A stretch of 61,325 nt of DNA, filler included. It is 4 parts of 4 records of this genome, joined end to end, with 100 filler letters (N's around TTAATTAATTAA, not from the genome) between each part and the next. Parts side by side here need not be neighbours in the genome. Positions count along the whole stretch, not along the records: positions 25,315 to 51,627 come from DRR723986_4975; positions 51,728 to 61,325 come from DRR723986_4981; 2 more parts are not named here. One strand, 5' to 3'. Position 1 is the first letter of the stretch, and each line of letters opens with the position of its first letter. The notes below the pieces were generated by a model. It did no database searches, was not told where the DNA came from, and was given only the letters and a program-made list of their open reading frames with translations. Shown in pieces: positions 48,543 through 58,916 of the stretch. Position numbers and translations under genes: made by a program.

Positions 48543-48573
48543 GCTCACGCGGCGAGCTCTTCGCCGCGTGAGC
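48543..48573. terminator. Strong GC hairpin after the receptor gene (no U-tract)
   Basis: GCTCACGCGGCGA-GCTCT-TCGCCGCGTGAGC, a 13-bp perfect stem. Could be a terminator or an mRNA-stabilising element. Confidence 0.55.
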
Positions 48574-48648
48574 CCCGCAAACTAATTGTATTTGTTTAAA
48601 TGTCGAGAATGTGCCGAGCACATCGACGCTGTTTTGGAGCTTCCATAC

Positions 48649-49584
48649 ATGACTACGACAACGATAGTGCAGACGGTTTTGGTCATGTTACTGTGGGCAA
48701 GCTGTTTTCCTTTGATCACTGTGGGAATTGACTATGCGCCTCATCTGACCTTCGCCGCCATGCGCGCATTCATTGCTGGATTGACACTGATAAGCTTAGC
48801 CTTCCTGTTGAAGCGTCCTTTGCCCCAAAAGCGGAATGACTGGTTTTTGCTGGTTCTTATTGGACTTGGCGCAACCAGTCTCGGCTTTCTAGGCATGTTT
48901 CATGCCGCAGAATTGGTTTCACCTGGTATCGCAACCGTCATTGCCAATACTCAACCACTTCTGGCGGCAATCTTGGCAAGCTTTGTATTAGGCGAATATT
49001 TGACGGGCCGCAGTAAAGTGGCGTTAATGGTCAGCTTTCTGGGTGTTATTGTCATCGCGTCTCCTCATCTGTTGGGAGACGGGAGTACAAGTTTTGCTAT
49101 TGGCTTGGCCTATATAATTCTGGCCGCTCTTGGTATCACCTTGAGCAATGTACTAATAAAAAAGATTTCGGGCCGGGTAGACATCTTCATGGCTATGGGT
49201 TTGCAAATGTTGTTCGGCAGTCTGCCGCTTATGGGTGTCGCCGCTATGACTGAGCCGACCGCAATCCAATGGTCATATACATTCATCTCGGTCTTGCTCA
49301 TCCTTAGTTTGCCTGGAACGGCGCTTGTCTATTGGCTCTGGTGTTCTGTCCTGGAGAAAGTGCCGTTAAACCGGGCCAACGCCTTCAGTTTTTTAATACC
49401 GGTATTTGGCCTGACAATCGGCGTGTTATTTTACGGCGAGAGTTTGACAGTATTTCAGTTTGTAGGTGTTTTTATCACCATCGTCGGCGTTGCATTTGTG
49501 GTTCGCGGTGGCACTGACCGCGCTTCACTAAAAAAGCCGGTTGAAGAATTGGATTTTGCGACCGAGTCGAAACGACACAAATAG
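48649..49584 (+). CDS. DMT/EamA-family transporter
   Basis: LWASCFP, FAAMR, IANTQPL, FLIPVFG..GE. About 10 TM segments. Confidence 0.88.
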   Translation: MTTTTIVQTVLVMLLWASCFPLITVGIDYAPHLTFAAMRAFIAGLTLISLAFLLKRPLPQKRNDWFLLVLIGLGATSLGFLGMFHAAELVSPGIATVIANTQPLLAAILASFVLGEYLTGRSKVALMVSFLGVIVIASPHLLGDGSTSFAIGLAYIILAALGITLSNVLIKKISGRVDIFMAMGLQMLFGSLPLMGVAAMTEPTAIQWSYTFISVLLILSLPGTALVYWLWCSVLEKVPLNRANAFSFLIPVFGLTIGVLFYGESLTVFQFVGVFITIVGVAFVVRGGTDRASLKKPVEELDFATESKRHK

Positions 49585-49641
49585 ATAAATCGTGAAACGG
49601 TATTTAGCTCACTAGTGAGAGCTTCCCAAAGGAGTAAGAAT

Positions 49642-50970
49642 ATGGAAAGCACGTATCAAAAAGCCAGCCTAAGCCTAACAGGCACGGTGGCAATGGGTAC
49701 TGGTGTGATGATCGGGGCGGGAATTTTCGCCCTCACCGGACAGGTGGCTGAATTTGCTGGGCCTCTTTTCCCTATAGCGTTCTTGCTTGCGGCCGTCATA
49801 AGTAGTTTCAGTGCCTACACATACATCAAGGTCTCGAACAAATATCCCTCCGCCGGGGGTATTGCCATGATCCTCCACAAAGCATACGGAACGACAACCA
49901 TCACGGGTGCAGCCGCGCTGATGATGGCATTTTCGATGATTATTAATGAAAGCCTGGTTGCGCGTACCTTTGGCACTTATACGCTGCGGCTCTTTGATAT
50001 TCAGGGCGATAACCTTCTGGTGGCTTTGCTGGCTGTGGGGCTGATTGTTTTCGCGTTTCTCGTCAATATCGCCAAAAACAGCGTCATCAGCAGTATCTCC
50101 ACGGTGACTGCGGTGATTAAAATTGGCGGTATTATGATTTTTGCGCTTGTGGCCCTTTGGGGGGCGGGCTTTTCTTTTCAGTCGACTGTTACAACACCTA
50201 GTACCGAAACTGGTGTTACTGGTTTTCTGGCCGGTGTTGCATTGGCGATATTGGCGTACAAGGGATTCACAACGATCACGAACAGCGGCGGCGAGGTCAA
50301 AAACCCTGAGAAAAATGTCGGCCGCGCCATCATGATCTCATTGTTCATCTGCCTGATAGTTTACATGCTCGTTAGCTACGCTGTCGGAGCCGCTTTATCT
50401 ATTGAAGAGATTGTCGCGGCAAAAGACTATTCTCTAGCGGAGGCCGCTCGTCCGGCCGTTGGCCAATACGGCGTATGGTTTACAGTTGCGATCGCCATGA
50501 TTGCAACTGCTTCAGGATTGCTTGCCAGCGTTTTTGCCGTTTCGCGCATGCTGGCGATGCTAACCGACATGAACCTTATTCCGCACAGTCATTTTGGCAT
50601 GCCCGGGACAGTTCAAAAGCACACCATTGTTTACACCGTTGTCCTGGCTAGTTTCTTGGCGGCGTTTTTCGATCTCAGCCGGATTGCTTCGTTGGGGGCG
50701 ATTTTTTATTTGGTGATGGACATCATTATCCATTGGGGTGTTTTCAGGCATATTCGAAGTGATATCGGTGCCAACGGCGTGATCCTGATTTGCGCCATTA
50801 TACTCGATGCGAGTGTCTTGACTGCCTTCCTGATCATAAAAGGTTCCAGTGACCTCCCAATCGTCGCAATTGCGATCATAAGTGTGGTGACGGTTTTTGC
50901 GTTTGAAAAGTTATATCTCAGCCGCATTCGCGCAAAAACAGCGAATGCAACTAATCATTCTCACGGGTAA
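49642..50970 (+). CDS. APC-family amino acid permease
   Basis: GTGVMIGAGIFAL, PSAGG, LAYKGFTTITN..GE..NP. ATG 49642 has an AAGGAG RBS. Confidence 0.88.
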   Translation: MESTYQKASLSLTGTVAMGTGVMIGAGIFALTGQVAEFAGPLFPIAFLLAAVISSFSAYTYIKVSNKYPSAGGIAMILHKAYGTTTITGAAALMMAFSMIINESLVARTFGTYTLRLFDIQGDNLLVALLAVGLIVFAFLVNIAKNSVISSISTVTAVIKIGGIMIFALVALWGAGFSFQSTVTTPSTETGVTGFLAGVALAILAYKGFTTITNSGGEVKNPEKNVGRAIMISLFICLIVYMLVSYAVGAALSIEEIVAAKDYSLAEAARPAVGQYGVWFTVAIAMIATASGLLASVFAVSRMLAMLTDMNLIPHSHFGMPGTVQKHTIVYTVVLASFLAAFFDLSRIASLGAIFYLVMDIIIHWGVFRHIRSDIGANGVILICAIILDASVLTAFLIIKGSSDLPIVAIAIISVVTVFAFEKLYLSRIRAKTANATNHSHG

Positions 50971-50983
50971 CAGGCACATTATC

Positions 50984-51627
50984 ATGCCAATACTAGACAT
51001 CACATTGATACTGGTCGCCTCTGCAATTTTTTTATTGCTGCAGTTGCGGCGCGTCAGAAAAAACTTGTTTTGGACTGCGACAGTAACGCCGCTTGCGTCG
51101 ATCATTGGAAGCGGTTTTTTGATTGTCGCGCCGCTATTGGCAGAAGTTGTTGGTAAGTTGGCGCCGTTGGCGATGGCCGCAATTGCGGGCGTTGCCATCT
51201 GGATCGGTTCGGTCATCCGGTTTAATATCAGACATGCGGAGCCCCTTCTGAACCAAGCCGACGGTGACCCACATCTTCAGCTTATGGAGCAGATGTCTCG
51301 CGTTGTGTTGTTTGCGGCCTATGTGATCTCAATCGCCTTCTATCTCCGCTTGATGTCGTCGTTTGTTCTGGAGGGCTTCGGTTACAATGTGGCGCTCTGG
51401 GCTCAAATCATGACAACGGTTATTTTGCTCGCCATAAGCGCCATAGGTGCGTGGTCGGGTCTTGCTGGGCTTGAGCGCATGGAGACGGTGTCGGTTTCCA
51501 TCAAACTGGCGATTGTGGTGTCGCTCATGATCGGCTTGTTCCATCACAACGTCGTTGAAGGGTTTCAGATAGACGGTGTTGTCGCTGATCATTTAACAAT
51601 AGGCGAGAAATTAGGGATGCTGGCGGG
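50984..51627 (+). CDS. APC-like membrane protein (3' truncated)
   Basis: WTATVTPLASIIGSGFL..AP, AYVISIAFYL. Hydrophobic. Confidence 0.65.
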
Positions 51628-51727
51628 NNNNNNNNNNNNNNNNNNNNNNNNNNNNNNNNNNNNNNNNNNNNTTAATTAATTAANNNNNNNNNNNNNNNNN
51701 NNNNNNNNNNNNNNNNNNNNNNNNNNN
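51628..51727. other. Artificial contig spacer
   Basis: N44-TTAATTAATTAA-N44. Confidence 0.99.
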
Positions 51728-51728
51728 C

Positions 51729-51932
51729 CCGATGGGGCCGCTGGAACTGGCCGATTTTATCGGGCTCGATACCTGCCTTGCGATCATGAACGTGCTGCAT
51801 GATGGGCTGGCCGATACAAAATACCGCCCCTGCCCGCTGCTGACAAAATATGTCGAGGCGGGCTGGCTGGGCCGTAAAACCCAGCGCGGGTTTTACGACT
51901 ATCGCGGCGAGGTGCCTGTGCCCACGCGCTAG
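51729..51932 (+). CDS. hbd: 3-hydroxybutyryl-CoA dehydrogenase, C-terminal fragment
   Basis: [42 protein letters not shown]. Confidence 0.88.
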   Translation, partial: PMGPLELADFIGLDTCLAIMNVLHDGLADTKYRPCPLLTKYVEAGWLGRKTQRGFYDYRGEVPVPTR

Positions 51933-51947
51933 GGGCGCGCGCCGGGC

Positions 51948-52934
51948 CTATACCAGCCCTTCGGCCTGAAACAGGGCGCGCACATCGCGTTCGGGGCGCG
52001 CGCCATAATGGCCTATCACCTCGGCCGCGGCGATGCAGCCCATGCGCCCTGCGGCCTGCAAAGGCGCGCCAGTGGCCAAACCATATAAAAACCCGGCGGC
52101 AAATTGATCGCCCGCGCCAGTGGCATCGACTGGGGTGACCGGGTTTACAGGCACGGTTACGGTTTCCTCGCCCCGCACCAAGACCACATCATGGCTTGAG
52201 CGGGTGCACACAACCATGCCCGCCTCGGCCGCGGCCTGTTCCAGCGCGCGCCCCAGATCTTCGGTTTGGTAGAGCGATTTCCATTCGTGCTCGTTGCCAA
52301 TGACATAATCCAGCGCGCCAACAAGGCGGCGGAAATCATCGCGGTGGCGATCCACGCAAAACGGATCAGACAGGGCAATGCCCGCCTTGCCACCCGCCGC
52401 CCGGCACAGGGCCGCGGCCCGTTCAAACGCGGCTTTGCCCTTGTCTTTGTCGTATAGATAGCCTTCCAGAAACAAGATATCGGCCTGCCCTGCCACACTA
52501 TCGGCCACATCTTCGGGGCCCAATTCTGATGAAATACCCAAGTAAGTGTTCATCGACCGCTCGCCATCGGGCGAGACAAAGATCATCGAGCGCGAGGTGG
52601 GCAATTCGCCGCCCGCCACCGGCGGGTTTACAAAATCGGTGCCCATTTGGCGCATCTCTTCGGCATAAAACTGGCCCAGCTCGTCATCGCGCACGCGCCC
52701 GATAAAGCCGGTTTTCAGCCCCAAGGCGCCAAGCCCTGCAATCGTGTTGGCCACCGAGCCGCCCGCAGCCTGCCGCCGCGTTTGCATGCTGTCATAAAGC
52801 AGCTCGCCGCGCGATTGCTCGACCAGTTGCATCACCCCTTTCTGAATGCCCATTTGGGCCAGATAGCCATCATCGGCCTGGGTGATCACATCAACGATGG
52901 CATTGCCGATGCCGACAATCTGATAGGTTTTCAT
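51948..52934 (-). CDS. PfkB-family adenosine kinase
   Basis: GIGNAIVD, GGSVANT, DGERSMNTYLG, DATGAGDQFAAGFLYG. Confidence 0.9.
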   Translation of the reverse strand: MKTYQIVGIGNAIVDVITQADDGYLAQMGIQKGVMQLVEQSRGELLYDSMQTRRQAAGGSVANTIAGLGALGLKTGFIGRVRDDELGQFYAEEMRQMGTDFVNPPVAGGELPTSRSMIFVSPDGERSMNTYLGISSELGPEDVADSVAGQADILFLEGYLYDKDKGKAAFERAAALCRAAGGKAGIALSDPFCVDRHRDDFRRLVGALDYVIGNEHEWKSLYQTEDLGRALEQAAAEAGMVVCTRSSHDVVLVRGEETVTVPVNPVTPVDATGAGDQFAAGFLYGLATGAPLQAAGRMGCIAAAEVIGHYGARPERDVRALFQAEGLV

Positions 52935-53575
52935 TGGGTCTTATCCTCGAATTGGCACAAATCACGGATCAGGCAGGCACCGCATTTGGGCTTGCGCGCC
53001 ACACAGGTGTAGCGGCCGTGCAAGATCAGCCAGTGGTGTGCATACTGTTGAAAATCAACGGGAATATTATCTTCGATGGCGCGCTCTACCGCCACCACGT
53101 CTTTGCCGGGGCAAATGCCACTGCGATTGCCCACGCGGAAAATATGGGTATCCACCGCCTGCGCGGGATAGTGCCACCACATATTCAGCACCACATTGGC
53201 GGTTTTGCGCCCCACCCCCGGCAAGGCCTGCAGCGCCGCACGGGAATTGGGCACCTGGCCGCCATAGTCATCGACCAAGATCTGCGACAGCTTGATCACA
53301 TTCTTGGCCTTTTGGCGAAACAGGCCAATGGTTTTGATATGTTCGGTCACGCCCTCTAGCCCCAAGGCCAGCATCTTTTCGGGCGTGTCTGCCGCCTGAA
53401 ACAGGCCGCGTGTGGCCTTGTTCACGCCGGCATCCGTGGCCTGCGCCGAAAGCGCCACTGCCACCACCAGCGTATAGGCATTCACATGCTCTAGCTCGCC
53501 TTTGGGCGCGGCATCGGCGGCCTGAAACCGGGTGAAAATCTCGCGGATCGTATGATAATCAAGCTGTTTTGCCAT
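52931..53575 (-). CDS. nth: Endonuclease III
   Basis: LSAQATD, HhH LPGVGRKTANV, AVDTH, C.ARKPKC..C.....C 4Fe-4S. Confidence 0.96.
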   Translation of the reverse strand: MAKQLDYHTIREIFTRFQAADAAPKGELEHVNAYTLVVAVALSAQATDAGVNKATRGLFQAADTPEKMLALGLEGVTEHIKTIGLFRQKAKNVIKLSQILVDDYGGQVPNSRAALQALPGVGRKTANVVLNMWWHYPAQAVDTHIFRVGNRSGICPGKDVVAVERAIEDNIPVDFQQYAHHWLILHGRYTCVARKPKCGACLIRDLCQFEDKTQ

Positions 53576-53734
53576 GGGCCTGCTATGCCCCGTTTTCACC
53601 CCACCGGCAAGGGCTGTGGCTGGGTGGGGGGGCGCGATGGCGGGCAAATCAGCGATGTTGTTGCAAATGCGCAAGTTTCGGGTCGCGCAGGCACCGGGGT
53701 TTTTCTACTGTGGTCCAAAGCAGCAGGACCACCG

Positions 53735-54619
53735 ATGCACTGCACACCGCCCCACACCACACCCGCGCCCATGCCCACCCCAATGCCCGCGCCCGACACA
53801 CCCGGCTACCACTATCACGTGATCCGCCGGGCCATTGCGCTGATCGATGCCGCCCCCGCGCCCCTGGCCTTGGCAGATTTGGCCGCACAGATGGGCATGA
53901 GCGCGGCACATTTTCAGCGCATATTCTCGCAATGGGTGGGGGTGTCGCCCAAACGCTACCAGCAATATCTGGCCATGTCGCATGCCCGCACCCTGCTGGC
54001 CCAGCGCCACAGCCTGCTGCAGGTGGCCGGCGATATCGGCCTGTCGGGCAGCGGGCGGTTGCATGATCTGTTCCTGACATGGGAGGCAATGACACCAGGG
54101 GACTACGCCCAAGGGGGCGCGGGCCTTGATATTGCCTATGGCTGGTTTTCCGGCCCCTTTGGCGAAACATTGGCCATGGGCACGGCGCGGGGCCTGTGCG
54201 GGCTGGCCTTGGCCGATGAAATGGGGCGCGAGGTTGCATTTGATGATCTGTGCCGCCGCTGGCCAAGGGCCAGCTTTCGGCCAGATCGCGACGCGCTGGC
54301 GCCATGGGTGCAGGCCGCCTTTGCCGCCAAGGGCCAAGCGCCGCTGCACCTGATCGGCGCGCCCTTTCAGATAAAGGTCTGGGAGGCGCTTTTGCGCGTG
54401 CCCACGGGCCATGTAACCACCTATGGCGATATCGCGCAGGCCATTGGCAACCCGCGCGCCGTGCGCGCGGTGGGCACGGCGGTGGGGCGCAACCCGATCA
54501 GCCTGCTGATCCCCTGCCACAGGGCCTTGCGGAAATCGGGCGCCTTGGGGGGCTATCACTGGGGCCTGCCGGTCAAGCGCGCCATCCTGGCATGGGAAAG
54601 CGCATTAACCGGGGCCTAA
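53735..54619 (+). CDS. ada: AraC-HTH + methylated-DNA--protein-cysteine methyltransferase (Ada-like, no N-terminal Zn domain)
   Basis: HFQRIFSQWVGVSPKRY, RLHDLF, RAVGTAVGRNP...IPCHR, GGYHWG. Start codon uncertain. Confidence 0.85.
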   Translation: MHCTPPHTTPAPMPTPMPAPDTPGYHYHVIRRAIALIDAAPAPLALADLAAQMGMSAAHFQRIFSQWVGVSPKRYQQYLAMSHARTLLAQRHSLLQVAGDIGLSGSGRLHDLFLTWEAMTPGDYAQGGAGLDIAYGWFSGPFGETLAMGTARGLCGLALADEMGREVAFDDLCRRWPRASFRPDRDALAPWVQAAFAAKGQAPLHLIGAPFQIKVWEALLRVPTGHVTTYGDIAQAIGNPRAVRAVGTAVGRNPISLLIPCHRALRKSGALGGYHWGLPVKRAILAWESALTGA

Positions 54620-54762
54620 GGCACCAGCCGTCCAGAAATTGCGCGAAAAGCCGCCCAAGCCCGGCTGTCTGCGGCATCTGCCCTTTGGCACGCTGCATTC
54701 GCCCGCTATAGTTTGGCATGCCCCACCAGAGGGCGGCAGTATCGCAGATCGAGGCACGAAAG

Positions 54763-55401
54763 ATGAGCAAACGAAACAAACTGGTGCTGGCCCTGGCTGG
54801 CATGTCGCTGATGGCCACCACCGCCTGCACCGTAGAGCCGGGCGAAAACACCCAGCGCGGGGCGCTGACGGGTGCTGTGATCGGTGGCATCACGGGCATT
54901 TTGACCAATGACAACAAAATGCGCGGCGCCATCACAGGCGCGGCTATTGGCGCCACGGCCGGTGGCGCGATTGGCTATAGCCTAGACAAACAAGCCGCTG
55001 AATTACAAAACAGCCTGGGCAATGCGGCCACAGTCACCAACACCGGCGACCGGCTGATCGTGTCGATGTCGCAAGATATCTTATTCGCCACCGATAGCGC
55101 CAGCTTGCAGCCCTCGATCCGCGATGAATTGCGCAGCGTGGCGGCCAGCCTATACGACTACCCCGCCTCGACCGTGCAGGTGATTGGGCATACCGATAAC
55201 GTGGGCGATGCCAGCTATAACTACGATCTGTCGCAGCGCCGCGCCAATGCGGTGACAGATGCGCTGATCAGCAATGGTGTGGCAGCCACCCGCCTGCAAA
55301 GCCTTGGCCGCGGCGAAGACCAGCCCGTTGCCTCGAACCTGACAGCCGAGGGGCGCGCCCAAAACCGGCGGGTGGAAATTGTGATTTTGCCCGACGCCTG
55401 A
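54763..55401 (+). CDS. OmpA-family lipoprotein (YiaD-like)
   Basis: Lipobox TTAC, glycine zipper, GHTD..G...YN..LSQRRA, GRAQNRRVEI. Confidence 0.92.
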   Translation: MSKRNKLVLALAGMSLMATTACTVEPGENTQRGALTGAVIGGITGILTNDNKMRGAITGAAIGATAGGAIGYSLDKQAAELQNSLGNAATVTNTGDRLIVSMSQDILFATDSASLQPSIRDELRSVAASLYDYPASTVQVIGHTDNVGDASYNYDLSQRRANAVTDALISNGVAATRLQSLGRGEDQPVASNLTAEGRAQNRRVEIVILPDA

Positions 55402-55514
55402 TGGGCCAAACCCGGCCCCTGTTCGAGCACGAACAGGGGCTGTGCGGCCTTGGCACTGGTCGGGCGCTGAAATGGGCATAGGTTTGGCGGGTAACTGCAA
55501 CAATAGGACCACCC

Positions 55515-56075
55515 ATGACACAAATTCACCTGCTGGGCCTGTGCGGGGCGCTGCGCAGCGGTTCCACCAACCGGCTGCTTTTGCAAGAGGCCGCGCGCCT
55601 GTTTGGGCCCGCCACCTATGCCGAGGCCAGCCTGCGCCTGCCGCTTTATGATGGCGATATCGAGGCCCAGCACGGCATTCCCCAAGAGGTGCAGCAGCTG
55701 GCCCGGCAAATCATCGCAGCCGATGCGGTGCTGATTGCGGGGCCGGAATATAACAAGGGCATTTCCGGCGTCTTGAAAAACGCGCTCGACTGGCTCAGCC
55801 GCGGGCCGCAGCGGCCCTGGGCGGGCAAACCCGTGGCCATCATGTCGGCCGCAGCCGGGCGCGCGGGGGGCGAGCGTATGCAAGTTATGCTGCGCAGCTG
55901 CCTGAACCCGTTTCAGCCCCGCGTTATCCCAGGGCCCGAGGTGATGATTGCCGCATCAGATCAGGCGTTTGACGAACAGGGCCAGCTGACAGACCCCCGC
56001 AGCACCGAGACGCTTTCGGCGCTGATGGCCCGGCTGAAAGACGAAATCGCCCTGGTTAAAGCGGCCCAGTCTTAA
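55515..56075 (+). CDS. NADPH-dependent FMN reductase
   Basis: GALRSGSTN, PEYNKGISGVLKNALDWLSR, GGER. Confidence 0.9.
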   Translation: MTQIHLLGLCGALRSGSTNRLLLQEAARLFGPATYAEASLRLPLYDGDIEAQHGIPQEVQQLARQIIAADAVLIAGPEYNKGISGVLKNALDWLSRGPQRPWAGKPVAIMSAAAGRAGGERMQVMLRSCLNPFQPRVIPGPEVMIAASDQAFDEQGQLTDPRSTETLSALMARLKDEIALVKAAQS

Positions 56076-56093
56076 AGCGGTCTAACAGCAGCC

Positions 56094-56489
56094 TTAAAGC
56101 GGCTGGGAAATCTCGATCAGGTTTTGATCGGGATCGCGCAGGTAAATCGACAAGATCGGCCCGGTGGCGCCAGTGCGCTGCACCGGGCCCTCTATCACCT
56201 CTTGGCCCAAGCGCTGCAGATGCTGCTGCCAATCGGCAATCGGTGTGGCGCTGAGAAAGCACAGATCGGCGCTGCCAGGCTGTGGCACATGGGCCTTTGG
56301 CAAAAATTCCTGCCCGGCCTGATGCAGGTTGATTTTTTGCGGCCCAAACTTCAGCGCCCACCGGGTGCTGCCATCTTTGGGGTGAAATTCTTCGGCCTGC
56401 ATCCCCAAGATATCGCAATAAAACGCCAATGTTTTCGGTATGTTGCCGACAGTCAGCACCAAGTGATCCAAACTATCCACCTTTGCCAT
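56094..56489 (-). CDS. VOC-family protein (GLOD5-like)
   Basis: LDHLVLTV, QKINLH, PGSADLCF, EGPVQRTGATGPI.SIYLRDPDQNLIE. The real start lies inside the longer listed ORF. Confidence 0.88.
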   Translation of the reverse strand: MAKVDSLDHLVLTVGNIPKTLAFYCDILGMQAEEFHPKDGSTRWALKFGPQKINLHQAGQEFLPKAHVPQPGSADLCFLSATPIADWQQHLQRLGQEVIEGPVQRTGATGPILSIYLRDPDQNLIEISQPL

Positions 56490-56540
56490 ATTGCCCCCCC
56501 GGCCTGTGCTGGTAACTTGGGCACAAATCATGAGGCGAAG

Positions 56541-57341
56541 ATGAGCAACAGTCAAACCGATCCGCTGTGTGATATGATGGACCCGGCACGCGCCTGCGCC
56601 ATGCAGGCGATGCTGGGCCAGCCCCCCAACATCGGCGCCGGCCAGCCCCTGCCGCCATTTTTTCACCAGCTCTATTTTTGGGCCCCCGAACCGCCCGCCA
56701 ATCTGGGCCGCGATGGCCACCCCAAAACCGGCATCGGGCTGATCCCTGATATGGGTCTGCCGCGCCGCATGTGGGCCGGCGGGCGGCTGCGCTTTCACGC
56801 GCCCTTGCTGGCAGGGGTGGCGGCGCAAAAGCGCTCGGTCATCGAAAGCACAGCCCAAAAAGACGGGCGCAGCGGGCCTTTGGCCTTTGTCACCCTGCGC
56901 CATGAAATTACGCAAAATGGCCAAATCTGCGTCAGCGAATGGCAAGATCTGGTCTATCGCCAAGATCCAAACCCCGGCACGCCACAGCCCACGTCGCCCA
57001 TGGCCCCCACCGGCGAAGAGGCCTGCGAAGACATGGGGTTTGATAGCACGCTGCTGTTTCGCTATTCGGCCCTTACGTTCAACGGCCATCGCATTCACTA
57101 CGATATCGACTATGCCCGCCAAATCGAGGGCTATGCCGGTTTGGTCACCCATGGGCCGCTGCTGGCGCAGATGCTGATGCTGATGGCCGAACGCAAACTG
57201 GGGCGCTTGCAGGGCTTTTCCTTTCGCGCCACCTCGCCCTTGATGCATACAGAACGGGCACAGTTTTGCTGGGCCAAGGATGGGCGCATGTGGGTGCGTG
57301 GCCCCGATGGGCGCCAATGCATGACGGCACAGGCCGAATGA
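56541..57341 (+). CDS. Double-hotdog MaoC/HTD2-like acyl-CoA (de)hydratase
   Basis: LGRDGHP, LPRRMWAGG, LFRYSALTFNGHRIHYD..YA..EGY.GLVTHGPL. Confidence 0.87.
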   Translation: MSNSQTDPLCDMMDPARACAMQAMLGQPPNIGAGQPLPPFFHQLYFWAPEPPANLGRDGHPKTGIGLIPDMGLPRRMWAGGRLRFHAPLLAGVAAQKRSVIESTAQKDGRSGPLAFVTLRHEITQNGQICVSEWQDLVYRQDPNPGTPQPTSPMAPTGEEACEDMGFDSTLLFRYSALTFNGHRIHYDIDYARQIEGYAGLVTHGPLLAQMLMLMAERKLGRLQGFSFRATSPLMHTERAQFCWAKDGRMWVRGPDGRQCMTAQAE

Positions 57342-57381
57342 GCCCGCCAAAGACGATGCAACAAAACAAGGCCAAACCCCG

Positions 57382-58275
57382 ATGACCACCCCCACCCAAC
57401 CCACCGACGCGCAGCTGATGGCCGCTTTCGTCAATGTTTTGACGGTTGAAAAAATCGAGCAAGATTTCTTTCGCGGCATCGCCACGCCCCAGGGGCGCGG
57501 GCGCAGTTTTGGCGGGCAGGTGATTGCCCAAGCGGTCAGCGCCGCCACCATGACCGTGCCCGAAGACCGGCCTGTGCATTCGCTGCATGCCTATTTCATG
57601 CGCCCCGGCGATGCCACCCAGCCGGTTCTCTATCAGGTCGAACGCGACCGCGACGGCGGCAGCTTTACCACACGCCGGGTAGTGGCCATTCAGCATGGGC
57701 AACCCATCTTGAACCTGGCGGCCAGTTTCCATGTGCACGAACCGGGCCTGTTTCACGCCGATTCCATGCCCGATGTTGCCATGCCCGAAGATCTGCTGTC
57801 CGAAGAACAGCTGGTGGCGGCCTCGGATGTGCCAATGTCGGATATGTATCGCAAATGGATCGCCACCCCCCGCCCGATCGAGATGCGCCCCGTCACCCTG
57901 CGCCCGCCCCTTGATCGCACGCCGCGCCCGCCGGTGCAAAACATGTGGTTTCGCACCAAAGGCCCCTTGGGCGATAACCGCGCGCTGCAACGCGCAGCGC
58001 TGGCTTTCGTATCGGATTTCGGGCTGCTTGGCACCTCGATGATGCCCCATGGCCGCGCCTTTGCCGACCCTGATATGCAATTTGCCAGCCTCGATCATGC
58101 GCTGTGGATACACGATGATTTCCGGCTGGATGACTGGCTGCTTTACGCCATGGACAGCCCATGGGCAGGCGGCGCGCGCGGCTTTAACCGCGGCCGCATT
58201 TTCACCCGTGACGGGCGGCTGGTGGCAAATACCACGCAAGAGGGGCTGGTGCGCCAAGTCACCCCGCGCAGCTAA
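57382..58275 (+). CDS. tesB: Acyl-CoA thioesterase II
   Basis: FGGQVIAQA, HSLHAYFMRPG, RDGGSFTTRRV, SD, ASLDHALW, QEGL. Confidence 0.9.
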   Translation: MTTPTQPTDAQLMAAFVNVLTVEKIEQDFFRGIATPQGRGRSFGGQVIAQAVSAATMTVPEDRPVHSLHAYFMRPGDATQPVLYQVERDRDGGSFTTRRVVAIQHGQPILNLAASFHVHEPGLFHADSMPDVAMPEDLLSEEQLVAASDVPMSDMYRKWIATPRPIEMRPVTLRPPLDRTPRPPVQNMWFRTKGPLGDNRALQRAALAFVSDFGLLGTSMMPHGRAFADPDMQFASLDHALWIHDDFRLDDWLLYAMDSPWAGGARGFNRGRIFTRDGRLVANTTQEGLVRQVTPRS

Positions 58276-58301
58276 CTGCGGGGCACGCGCCCCCCGATGC
58301 G

Positions 58302-58763
58302 CTAGCGCAAAATCGGCTCTAGCGGGTCATAGCCAATGCCGCGCCCCCAGGCCACATGGGGCAGGCTGTCGGGCTTGAAACAGATCGTGCCGCGCTCTAG
58401 CTCGGCGCGTTCAAACCAGCGCCGATGCGTCACCACACCGGCCGGATCGCGCCATGTGTCATCCAGCTGGCCTGCCAGCAATTGGCAGCGAAAATATATA
58501 TCCACCTGGTGAAAGGTGCCGTCGGGGTCGTGAAATTCGTTGACCAAACAGGGCGTGCCCACCTTGATGGTTAATCCGGTTTCCTCGTGCACCTCGCGGC
58601 GCAGGTTATCGGGCAGGCTGGCGCCCCGCTCGACCCCGCCGCCGGGGGCGCACCACAGATCCCGCGCGACGGGCCCGGTGGCCTCGGGGCCATAGGCATT
58701 GACCATCAGCAGCCGGTTTTCGTGCAAGATAATCGCGCGGGCAGCAAGACGTGGGCTGTTCAT
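58302..58763 (-). CDS. NUDIX hydrolase
   Basis: GGGVERGASLPDNLRREVHEETGL Nudix box. Confidence 0.9.
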   Translation of the reverse strand: MNSPRLAARAIILHENRLLMVNAYGPEATGPVARDLWCAPGGGVERGASLPDNLRREVHEETGLTIKVGTPCLVNEFHDPDGTFHQVDIYFRCQLLAGQLDDTWRDPAGVVTHRRWFERAELERGTICFKPDSLPHVAWGRGIGYDPLEPILR

Positions 58764-58916
58764 AAAAACCCCCAAATGTGATGGCTTTTGTTTATGCCTG
58801 CCACAGCCCGGCGCCAAGCCCTGAAAACCCAAGGCGCAAAAAATGGCCGATCTGGCATTTGCAGGTAAAATCCGCTAGGCGCGGCCCAACACAGATTGCG
58901 GCCAAGGGGGCCAAAC

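Noticed and set aside
25315-51627. Integrase, transposase or conjugation genes for the island
   Set aside because: None recognisable in the contig; mobility is inferred only from the att remnant and repeats.
56094-57551. 485-aa minus-strand and 405-aa plus-strand long ORFs as overlapping or fused genes
   Set aside because: Each is a real short gene (VOC 56094-56489; hydratase 56541-57341) extended through the antisense of its neighbour in high-GC DNA.
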